The notes below the pieces were generated by a model. That model did not search any database and was not told the origin of the DNA. It worked only from the letters and a program-made list of their open reading frames with translations. This document shows positions 1 to 10,340 of a DNA stretch of 64,000 nucleotides, piece after piece. The translations under genes and the position numbers were made by a program. Origin of the DNA: Vicugna vicugna (Eukaryota); assembly GCA_013265495.1 (NCBI GenBank), contig MU058687.1, positions 1,426,001 to 1,490,000 on the forward strand, written 5' to 3'. The number at the start of each line of letters is the position of its first letter. Position 1 is the first letter of the stretch.

Positions 1-710
1 ACCTGCATCAAGATGAGGTCTCTAACCCGGAAGGATGCATAGGTCATGGTAAAGGGGTGACTGGGGTGCAAGAGGGCTCCGAGTCCTAGCTGGGCTTGGC
101 CTCAGAAAAACTAAAATGAGGTTTGAGCAGTGGCTAACTGCCTCTCTCAAGTGACCTCCACATGGGTGGTTGCCACTGAAAAGTCTTTCCTTTCTAATCC
201 TACAGTCCTTGTTTGAGAACCAGGTGTCACAGCCACTGCTGGTGAAGTCAGCAGGGTTTGCTCAGCTTTGCTAGGAAATAGCTACTTTTCCCCTCCTGGG
301 ACTATTAAGCTAGTGCACCTTTTAAAAGGTTTTAAACTTTTATTGCTTTCTTGAAATAAAGTATTCCTCCCATTCCAAAATGAATTGCACTTCAAATGGA
401 TTTCCCATGTTTTCTTTGTTTTGATTACAAAGTAATCCATTCTTGTTCATTTACAGAAACATTTGAGAAATATTTAAAGACAGAAAGAAATTAAAACCTC
501 TCATAATCACTTGTTAATATTTTGGTTTATGTCATTTCAGACTTTTTGTTTTCGGTCCTCACAATCATATATACGTATATTCATATATGTATTTTCCACA
601 TGCACATGTCTGGGTCTTACTTTACATACTATTTGATAATGCACAGCATAAGTCCTGGTAAAGAATAGGCAATAAATAAATATCACCAAGGCTCATAAAT
701 ATCACTTCTT

Positions 711-865
711 GAGTGCTCACAGTAAGTCAGGCCTGATGTTAGGTGTTTTACATGCATTATCCCATTTACTCCTAACAACAATCCTATGATACAGGAGCTG
801 TCTGACTCATGTTTTCCAGATGGGAAACACAGACAGGCCCAGAGAAGTTAATGTTACTTGTCAAA
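711..865 (-). mobile_element. MIR SINE
   Basis: gttttacatgcattatcccatttactcctaacaacaatcctatga...cagatgggaaaca...cccagagaagttaa. Confidence 0.75.
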
Positions 866-1225
866 ACTTACAAATGTAGTCAATCAGATGGACCAATACC
901 AGTTCTTGTATATTGGCATGAACCAAATGTACATTTGCTGGTTTAAAACTTTTTCAGAAATGATATAAGCAGTGCCTTACCGCCTATTGAGGGGAGAATA
1001 TTTACTGAGAAAGATGTGAAGACATGTTCAGGTCTTGGAGACAGGAACTCTGGCTCTGCAACCGACTAGTTGTTTAAACTGGAGCAAGTAACTTGACCTC
1101 CCTTATCCTCAGTTTCCTGGTCTACAAAATGGGATTTGTATGGAGAGAAGGGTTAGTACTGTCCCTGGCATGTAGGAGTTTTTGATGTGATTGACAGAAG
1201 TTGATGGCAATTGGGAAGACGACGT

Positions 1226-1490
1226 TGAAAACTAATTTATGGTTCCCAAAAGGGAAGGGGGGAGCAATAAATTAGGAGTTTGGGATTAACATATACACAT
1301 TACTGTATATAAAATAGATAAACAGCGAGGTCCTCCTGTATAGCACAGGGAGCTATTCAATATCTTATAATAACCTATAATGAAAAGGAATATGAATAAG
1401 AATATATATAGTAACTGAATCACTATGCTGTACACCAGAAACTAACACAACATTGTATATCAACTATACTTCAATTAAAAAAAAAAGAAA
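1226..1490 (+). mobile_element. L1 3' terminal fragment (cetartiodactyl-type)
   Basis: Typical L1 3' UTR end ...ctgtatagcacaggg...gaatcactatgctgtacaccagaaactaacacaacattgt...tatacttcaatt plus poly(A). Confidence 0.88.
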
Positions 1491-3669
1491 TCAAAGTCAC
1501 ATAACCTGAAGCTTGCTTTAAAGGGCTCACCAGTGACATTTCAGGGAGGAATCAGTTGGTATTGGGCTGATGGTGATTATGATCTCAATTAGTGGTTAGA
1601 GTCCCCCCACCCCCTTGCCCAAGGCCACATTCATTTTCTAGGAAGGATTTCTGGTCTTCAGCAGTAAGATCACTTATCAATTTGTCTTTCAGAAATAGAT
1701 AATACCTCAATGTGCCCAATTCCTAAAATAGCACACTTGTACCTGTGCAACTTTTGTGGTTTAAATAAAAATCAATGGCAAGGGGAGATAAAAAAATCAC
1801 AGGATACCTGAATTTGAATAAATTTGAATTGTATTGCAATTAGGGGGTCTCCCATTTTCTCTCCTTCCATGTGGCATGTTAACTTCTCTGAGCCTCAGTT
1901 TTCCCAGGAGTCAGTACCTCCCTCCTCAAGATAGTGTGGGACAAAAGACAGTACATGTGAAGGTTTTAGCTCAGGGTCTCAGTCATAATAAATAATACCC
2001 TTTATGAAGCTGTATAAGTGACGCGGTGTAGAACACACACTTTGTGGTTAGACCTGGGTTAGAATCCTGATTCTGCCATTCATCAGCTCTGTCTCCCTGG
2101 GCAAGTTATTTTGCCTTTCTGAGCCTACCTCATGGGGTTTGTACAGTCTAAGCACTAATTTATGTAATATCTGCCCAGAGCAGGCATCCAACGTCAAATA
2201 TTAGAATGAGGTCCTCCTTGCCATCTCCTGGTCACATCACTCTTTGCCTTTATGATCCTTGTAAAGCCTGAACCGCATAAGACAGCACTTGGTTATCTAC
2301 TGCCTTGTATTGTCCCCTTGTGGGTTTTTTTTTTTTTCTTTTCTTTTCTCAGGTGCTTAACTCTGGCTCTTTGCATGAGGCTCAGACCCTTGAAGGCACC
2401 GTCTGGGACACAGACTTCTTTAGTATTCTTTCCAGGGACTCATATATGTGCAGGCTCAATAAATCTTTGCTGCCTTGAGTTGCATCTGATTGATGGCTCT
2501 TTCCTTGTTGATTTCTCAAGGTTTTACCCAGATTGAGTTGAAACCCTTGGGAAAAATTGCAGCAGCCTGCTTGAGTCCCCAGCGACTTGAGCTCTTGGCT
2601 CTGCTGAAAATAACAAATGGAGGAGCTGAAGGGCCTGAGTGCCACCACAGGCATCTGACAGCTCAGGAGAGGGGCCACTCAGACCCCCTCCTTGGCCCTT
2701 CCAGCCACCTGACACAACAGCAGTGCCTATGGCTTTGCGGGACAGCTGTGGCCTTAAATGGCACCAGAGCTTAAGATGCTTCCCTTATTTACATAGCGGC
2801 TGCTTTAATGCCTTGAGCAGGTCTTTCTGTGGGCCCAGTAGGCAATGGGGAGGAAAAGTTAAACAAACGGGAAAAAAGTGAGGGAAGGGTGCAGTAAGGA
2901 CCTGGCTGTGGATTTTCAACGTTTGTATTTCGTTTCCCCGACTGGGTATAAGTTGTTAAAAAGGGGAACTTTCCACGCTCCCAAATCCTCCATTATTTTT
3001 AATAGTTTACCACTAGAAGAGGGACTAAAGACTCATGAAAGTAAAATAGTTGACCTTTGGTGTCAGGGCAGAGCTGAGGTGGGTATGTTAATTGTATATC
3101 TGAAGTTGCTTGTGTAATTCCATAATTCAATGCTTTTTATGAGTATTGGGCTACTTTGTAGAACCCAGATCTTTTTTTTTTTAATGCTTATTTGATTGTA
3201 GGGTTTGTAAAGTCATTTGTTCATTCATTTATTTAACAAATATTTATTGAGCTAGAGGCTAGTTCCCGTGAATACAAAGTTTATTCACTGGGCTAATGTT
3301 TTTTAAATCCCCTACATGCAGGCCCTGTGTCAGGGGCTGGGGACAGAGCCGTGAACAGAGACAGGCATGGGTTCTAGCCTTGCAGACCCAGTGGAGAATA
3401 AGAGACAAGTGAATAATCATTATAATATATGGTGCAAATTGCTAAGAGGGATTTCACAGGATGCTAAGGAAGCTCTCAGTAAGAATCCCAGACCTAGATT
3501 TGGGGGTTCAGAAGGAAGTGACAGCTAAGCTAAGCCTGATAGAAAAATAGGATTTGGCCAGGTGTGGATGTGGGTGCAGAGAGGCAGGAGGGAAAGTCGT
3601 TACAGGTAGAGGAGAGACAATGTGCAAACTGGAGGAGACAGGCCAGGTTACACTGCAGTAAAAGGAAAG

Positions 3670-3995
3670 CCCTTCACCTCTAAGTAGCATAACACAGAAA
3701 ACCTTATTTCTCACTCCGAAGTCTGATGTGAGTTCAGGGCAACTTTCCTCCACGGAGTGACTCACTGATGCAGGATGCTTCCATCTCAAGACTCCACCAT
3801 TTCAACACATGGCAGAGGAAAGAGAGAGAGAGGGAGGTGTACTGGAGACTAAATGCTTTCGTCTGGAAGGAACCACATGACTTCTGCTCACAATCCGTTG
3901 GCCAGAACTAGTCACATAGGCCCCATCTAATTGCTATGGGGTGAGAAGTGTAGGTGAGCACGTGTAGTATTTGGTGAGTGATGCTGCCTGTGCCA
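3670..3995 (-). mobile_element. Old MaLR LTR (MLT1J/K-like) within L2
   Basis: acttctgctcacaatccgttggccagaactagtcacataggcccca motif. Confidence 0.7.
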
Positions 3996-4055
3996 CACAG
4001 AGAGCGTATATAGCACATTGGGAAGCAGTGAAGCATTCCGAAAGGCTGGAGCTTA

Positions 4056-4057
<2 letters not shown>

Positions 4058-4093
<36 letters not shown>
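4058..4093. repeat. (GT)18 microsatellite
   Basis: Perfect dinucleotide run. Confidence 0.97.
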
Positions 4094-4095
<2 letters not shown>

Positions 4096-4829
4096 TGGGG
4101 GTTGGTAGGCAGGGTTGGGTAGAGAGGTCGTAGAGTGAGATAAGCTGAGGCCTGTCACAAGGGCCTTATAATCCATTTTAATGTTGAGGGATTTGGACTT
4201 TAAGGAGACATGGAAGAATTTTATTAGGGCATGATAAGATCATATTGGCATTCCAGAAAGATCATCTAAGAACGATCCAGCTTTCATATAGACACTGGGG
4301 AGGAGGCGGCAAGATTAGGGAACAATTAAGAAGTTTTTACCATTGATCAGGCAAGAGATGGTGGTGCTTGAACAAGGAAGGGGCTGTGAGGATGAGAGGC
4401 GGGTGCATTCTCAAGAACTATGGTGAATGTAGAATCAACACAGGGAGTGAAGGAGAGGAGGGGGTGAAGCTCAGATCTGTGGGTTGAGCAAGTGGGTGGA
4501 GAGAATCTTGTTTGCCTGCTCAGGAAGAGCAGGAGGAGTAAGTTTAGGGAAAGACAATGTGATCAGTTTTGGAATCACTGAGTTTTAGGGGTCTGTAGAC
4601 CATCTAAGGGGAGAAGTTCAGGGGGCATTTGGACCTGGTTCTTTGGTTCTGGTGCTTGGGAGCGTCTGACTTGTGGTGTTAATTGGGAAGTCATGAATAT
4701 ATAGATGGTATTTGAAGTCGTGACTATGGAAAGTTGAGTTAAAAAAATCCCTGCTCTTGAGTAGCTAAAAGTCTAGTGTAGGTGGGGTGGGGACCAGGCA
4801 TAAAAACAAAAATTAGGATTCAAGGCTGA

Positions 4830-4938
4830 GGGTGGGTATAGAGCACATGCTTAGCATGCATGAGGTCTTGGGTTCAATCCCCAGTACCTCCGTTAAAAAA
4901 AAAAATATATATATATATAATAAATTATTTTTTAAAAA
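4830..4938 (+). mobile_element. tRNA-Ala-derived SINE (Vic-1-type), A-box deleted
   Basis: gggtatag-agcacatgcttagcatgcatgaggtcttgggttcaatccccagtacctcc followed by an A/AT tail. It lacks the ctcagtggtag present in the other copies. Weak TSD aggattcaagg (4815-4825) / agaattcaacg (4939-4949). Confidence 0.85.
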
Positions 4939-5258
4939 AGAATTCAACGTGAATGGTGTAACATTGAGGGGCAGACAGAGTAAGCTTGACAGAAGAGGGC
5001 AAGACGGAGTGAGAGTTAGGTAAGTGGGTCAAGGAAGGGCCGTCCATGTGGGAGGAACAGCACGTGAGAAGGCATGGAGCTGTAAACGCAGCCTCGCCCA
5101 GCCAAGGCAGGCCTGGGTTCCAGCTCTGGAACATTTCGCTTGCTTATACGAGAAAGGAGGCAGCAGGTGAGGAAACACTCATCCATCACCATCTCAGCAT
5201 TGCACACGAAGTACGAGAGGGGCTTTACATGGTTGAAAAGTTCATGATAAGGTGGCAT

Positions 5259-5674
5259 CTTTTAAAACTTTTAAACATTTTTTTATCATAAACTTTTCAA
5301 ACACATAAAAAAAAGAGAGAGAAAATATTACGATGAACTCACATGTATTTATCACCCAGTTTCAAGAGTTATCAACATTCTGCCAATCTTTGTTTGTGTA
5401 TACATTTCTCTCTTTTGATTGACAGAGTATTATTTGAAACTTTCTATTACAGAGAAAGTAGGCAGAAGAGTTAATTAACCCTCATGTAGCCATTGCTTAA
5501 TCCCAGAAAATATTAACCCAAGGCTATCCCCTCTCGATCCATGCCCTATCCGATTATGTGCCTATGATCACATCATTGTGGCCTGTAAATACTTCAGAGA
5601 ATACATCTCTAATAAGGGCTTTAAAAATATAAGTGCAATATCATTATCACATGCAACAACATGAGCACTGCTTC
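5259..5674 (-). mobile_element. Ancient L1 (L1MC/L1ME-like) 3' end fragments
   Basis: tttcaaacacata...atgaactcacatgtatttatcacccagtttcaagagttatcaac motif. Flanked by the direct repeat ataaggtggcat (5247-5258, 5675-5686). Confidence 0.6.
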
Positions 5675-6489
5675 ATAAGGTGGCATTTTAAAGACTTTGG
5701 GACAGTATTGGGTAAAGCCAGAAAATCCTCTGATTGTGCATAAATGTAATTCAGGCAGCAGTTCTGGATGCTTAGGTTGGTATAGATCTGAGTCCTTCAA
5801 TCAGACCACACTGGACAAGGTGTGGGTGTGAGGTGGATGGGGAAAGGGGGAGGGGAGAGGAGAAAAAGCCAGAATGAATCTAGGGAAGTGCAGGATTGTG
5901 GGTAGGAGGCTAGTTCAGAGGTTAGAGTCCTGTGGGTCCAGGAGAGGCTCTGAGGGGGCCAAGGGAGCCCCCTCAGCCCTGTTGGGTGTCCTTGGCTGTC
6001 AGGAGGCATCCATCCAAAGGAGAGAAATTGGGAGAAAAAGGGATGGCACAGGAAACAGAGAAGGGGGTGGGAAGAGAGAAAGGGGCTGATATTGAGAAAG
6101 AAAAAGAGGAAAGGGAGAGAAAAACTAAACAGTGATGGAACGCCCACAGCCGGCCCGGTGTTGGAGTGCTGCGTCTGCCCCCTCCAGGCCCCCAGGAGGA
6201 CTCCCCCAAACCCACTCACTCCTTCAGTGAGTTACTCTAACCGTGTTGGTATCGGGAGGTTCAGGCTTGAGGCAGGTATGTATGTATCTATAAGGAAAGG
6301 GGGTTCTGTGTCTTCGGCAGAAGAGGGGAAGGGCTCCACGGGCGCCAATGGGGGCAACGTCCATCAGGGCCTTGGTAGAGCCGAGGAGGTGCTGTCTGTG
6401 GGGTGGCATCTGCCAAAGCAAGGGAGAGAGAAGGCCACAAACGAAGGGGTTGATCTTCCCGTCGGAAGGTGCCTGGAGACAGCAAGTCT

Positions 6490-6900
6490 CTCCAGTTTGG
6501 GATGGGTGTGGGGCTCGAGCGCCGGAGGGTGCGGTAGGAAGCGCCCTCAGCGCCCCGCAGCAGGTGGAGAGCGGCCTCCCTGGTATTGAGCGCGAGCGCC
6601 CCTTCTAGGCGAGCAGGAGCAGCGCAGGGTGTGGGGAGGGTGACCTGGGAAAGCAGGAAGGCCTCGGGTTTCCAGTAAATCCGAAGAAAGAGTCACTGGA
6701 GAACCCTGGCGCAGGGGCAAGGGGTGGCCCTGGGCAGGGCTGTGACTGGTCTCCGCCTGACTTCCTCCCAGCCAGAATCGCCGCGGGTGATATCACCAGT
6801 CGAGAGGCGAACTTCGATGCCAGAGAGAGCCCTCCTCGAGGGCTTCTGGGAAAAGGGCCATGGGGGCCGTGCCAGCCGGTACCCTGGCTGCCTCAAGGGC
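6490..6900. promoter_or_regulatory. GC/CpG-rich patch (weak CpG island, candidate promoter or enhancer)
   Basis: Dense CpGs (ctcgagcgccgg, gcgccccgc, gagcgcgagcgcc, tcgccgcgg) in non-repeat sequence, against a CpG-depleted background. Confidence 0.5.
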
Positions 6901-7369
6901 TCCAAGTCCTCCACCGCCCCCAGTTCCTGATGAACTCCTGGGGCCATGCCTCCCAGAGCTTCCTAGTTCCATCTCACCCAGGTGGTCATTTTTCCAACCG
7001 GGTGGAAGTCTCCGGAGGAGCTCAGAGACTGTGGTTCCATAATGGCCTGTCTGCTGATTGATGCTGCCCTGATCGCACGTTTGCAGAGCTCTTCCTTCTG
7101 GGAGGTCCGGGAAGGACTGCAAGAGGCCCCTGGTCTGGTGAGGGCCCTGATGCAGGGAAATCTCTTTCTGCCCTTTCTTACTAGACAACAAACAGGCCAG
7201 AGGTGAGCCACTTCGATTGGAATCTGCACAAGCCTGGTGGCCACGTGAGGCTCAGAGGATGAAGTCACCAGCAGTGTGGCTTCCCCGACAGCGATGTTGG
7301 TGAACACCCAGCAAAAGGATTTAGACCATATCAGTCAGATCTGGGGACTTGTCTTATCTGTGAATACTA

Positions 7370-7560
7370 ATAATTAACATGTTGAGTTCTTATGTGTCCG
7401 GCACTGTTTTGCTAAGCATTATTCTAATGCATCTCATGCATGCTCTAAACATGCGTTATCTAATTTCATAACATTTTTTTTTCTGATTTTACTGATAAAG
7501 ACTCTGAGGCACTACAAGATGACATCACTTGTCCAAGGTCACATAGCTTCTGGAGCCAGT
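7370..7560 (-). mobile_element. MIR SINE
   Basis: aacatgttgagttcttatgtgtccggcactg...tcacttgtccaaggtcacatagct. Confidence 0.65.
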
Positions 7561-7946
7561 GCTCCGTTTTGCCTTTGTGAAAAAGAGGGAACATGCATTG
7601 TACTTTTCTGAAGGAAAAACAAGCTGATGTCAGGAATTCTTTCAAGAAAGCAAATTTCAGGGCCAATGCTGAGCTCACTACCCATTCAGTAAATGTCCCA
7701 AATGCGGAATGCACTTCTGTGTCAAAGCACTTGGCATAACAGCAGTTCACCATAATGACCAGCAGCCGCCCAGGAAAGGTTAATTTACGTTCTGCCAGCT
7801 CTGTTTGATAAGGAGGGGGAGTGAGTAACCAGCTTTAAAAAGGTCTCCATCAAAACCAAATTACCAAAGTTAAGCATTTGAAGGAATTAACCCCTCTCTC
7901 TGAAAAGCTTGAGTACTCTGATAACTCTTTCTAGATGCTTAGTTTT

Positions 7947-8291
7947 TTGTTTGTTTTGTTTTTGTTTTACATTTAAAAATTATATATATTTTTTATAACT
8001 TAAAAAAAATTGAAGTCTAGCCAGTTTACAATGTTGTGTCAGTTTCTGGTGGACAGCATAATGTTTCAGTCATACACATACATACATATATTCCTTTTCA
8101 TATTCTTTTCCACTACAGGTTACTATAAGATGTTGAATACAGTTTCCTGTGCTACACAGGAGAAACTTGCTGTTTATCTGTTTTAGAGATTGTAGTTAGT
8201 ATCAGCAAATCTCAGACTCCCAGTTCATCCCTTCCCGCCCACTCCTCCCCTGCTAACCATGAGTTTGTTCTCTGTGTCTGTGAGTTTAGAG
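7947..8291 (-). mobile_element. 5'-truncated L1 3' end with TSD
   Basis: Reverse complement of the L1 3' UTR end. TSD gatgcttagtttt at 7934-7946 and 8292-8304, followed by aa (TTTT/AA endonuclease site). Confidence 0.92.
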
Positions 8292-9014
8292 GATGCTTAG
8301 TTTTAAACATTGTCCCCTCTGGAGGGATTCTGCTCTGATGTCACCAGTGTTGCCGTTGGAGCTGTGAAACAGGAACGAACAGTATCTGTTATTTCCCCTC
8401 AAGGACACCCAGAAGATGGCGGGAATCACGTGACGAAGTTCTTTCTTCCACCCGTCTCACACAGAAATTCCCCAAAGTCTCAGGGCCCTCTGGTGCTGGG
8501 CAGCCGGCAGTTTCCCCAGCAGTTGCCCTGGCATCTTGCCCCCTTTACACAAAGCAGTCACTGTTGCAGAAAATGAGGGTCCTGTGACCATTTGGCACCA
8601 TTCGCTGCCTGGCATTTGCGTGGGAGAAGGAACTTTCTTTCTCCCTGACAATAGAGTCTGATCACAAAGCAGGCCCCTTTCAGAGGAACAACTTCCCTTA
8701 GAATGACTTTGCCTAGAGGTAAGAACTAAATTGTGGAACAGAAGTGATTTCCTGCGGGAAGCCTGTTCCTGTCACTGAGACATCAGTGAAGGTTGTGAAG
8801 TCCCCGTACGGTTTTCCAGCTCCCAGCCTCATTGCCATCAACTCTCACCCAGGCTCCCCTAGAACTTGTATGAAACCATGGCATATCTGGTCCCTGGCCG
8901 CTGTGATGGGCACCCTGTGGTTAGTGGTCTAGAATTCCAGCCTTATCTCTAAATGCAGGAGTAAGGATCCTTTCTTACAGGTAACATTTCCCTGGGTTGC
9001 TTTGCTAAGAAATT

Positions 9015-10340
9015 AATATTGGTATAATACCATTAACTAAACTACAGGTTTTCTTTGGATTTCCCCAGTTTCCCACTAACATCCTTTTTTCTTCCAGGAA
9101 GCCATATTGCATTTAGTTGTTAAGTCTCTTTCTCTCTCTCTCTTTTTTTATTTTGGGGGGAGGGAATTAATTTTTATTTTATTTTAATGGAGGTACTGGG
9201 AATTGAACCCAGGACCTTGTGCATGCTAAGCATGTGCTCTACCACTGAGCTATACCCTCCCTCCTTAAGTCTCTTCTGACCCATGAAAACTTCTCAGTTG
9301 TTCCTTATTTTTCATGATCTTTAGACTTCCAAATGTTTTACTGAATGTCCCTAAATTTGGTTTGTTTGAGGTTTTTCTCATGGTTAGACCAGGGTTATGG
9401 ATTTTCTGGAAGAATATCACAGAGGTGAAGTGCCCTTGCTTTTCATACTGTGTCAGGAGGTACGTGACACCAACGTGACTAAGCAGTGGTGAGGTTAACC
9501 TCGATCACATGGGTAAGGCGGCTCTGCCGGTTTTCTCCTCAGTAAACTTAATGTTTTTCCTTTTCTAGACTCCACTTATTGGCAGTCCAATAAGTAAGTC
9601 CAGCCCACATTCAAAGGGAGGGAAACGAAGCTCCACCCCCTGGAGGAGCGAGAATCTACATATGAAATTTGAAATTCTCCCATAAAGATTTATCTCTTCT
9701 CTATAACTTATTTATTCAATTATTTATTGATATCAGCATGGACTCGTGGATATTTATTTTCTTCTTTGAGTTATAACCCAATACTTTCTCAGATTGTTGC
9801 AGCTTTCATTGTTAAGAACTTTGAGGCTGGCTCCTGTGTCTTTTTGACGTGCCCCCCATTTTTTTCATTTCTTTACTTTCTGGTACTATAAGGTGCTCTA
9901 GGCTCACCATGTATTTTCCCTGCTCCAGCCCTGGAATCAGTTCTTTATCCAGGGAGTCCAGGTCTTTTTTTACTGGAGAATAATATTTAGAAACCAAGTT
10001 CTGAGCTTTGGGTGTGCTCTTTGCTACTAGGGTACCATTGCTTCCACATCTTCTCGGTGGACGGAGTTAGCAAATCTATGTGTGTAAACTAACCCATGTA
10101 TATGCACATACCTGTATTTATTTCTGTTCATCCGTATATATACATAAGTAAAAATGAGTTCATACTGGTAACTTCAAGTCTGATTTAGCACCACAGGATT
10201 CATTCGAGCATTCCCCTTCTTCTCATGATCACTTCTTTCTCTGACAGTAAAAAACCTGGTTCCCACTGTCTATAACTTACATACTTATTGGTTCAACCCT
10301 CATATGCATGTAGTTTCAGAATTGCTAACACATATCCCAT
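9015..10340 (-). mobile_element. Ancient L1 (L1MC-like) 3' UTR region
   Basis: Contains gaatgtccctaaatttggtttg...ttctcatggttagac...cacagaggtgaagtgccc and tctggtactataaggtgctctaggctcaccatgtattttccctgctccagccctggaatcag. Interrupted by the SINE at 9131-9264. Subfamily recalled, not searched. Confidence 0.75.
9131..9264 (-). mobile_element. tRNA-Ala-derived SINE (Vic-1-type) inserted in an old L1
   Basis: Reverse complement reads gggagggtatagctcagtggtagagcacatgcttagcatgcacaaggtcctgggttcaattcccagtacctcc. TSD ttaagtctctt at 9120-9130 and 9265-9275. Confidence 0.92.

Larger units (their letters stand above)
3218..4735 (-). mobile_element. L2 LINE 3' region (interrupted by an LTR and a GT repeat)
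   Basis: ttcattcatttatttaacaaatatttattgagc terminus; cagggctggggacagagccgtgaacaga-like sequence; gatcaggcaagagatggtggtgcttgaac; tgagttttaggggtctgtagaccatcta. Confidence 0.75.

Noticed and set aside
6590..6612. CTCF-like site (reverse complement cgcctagaaggggcgctc)
   Set aside because: Mismatches at high-information core positions, so it is not supportable by eye.
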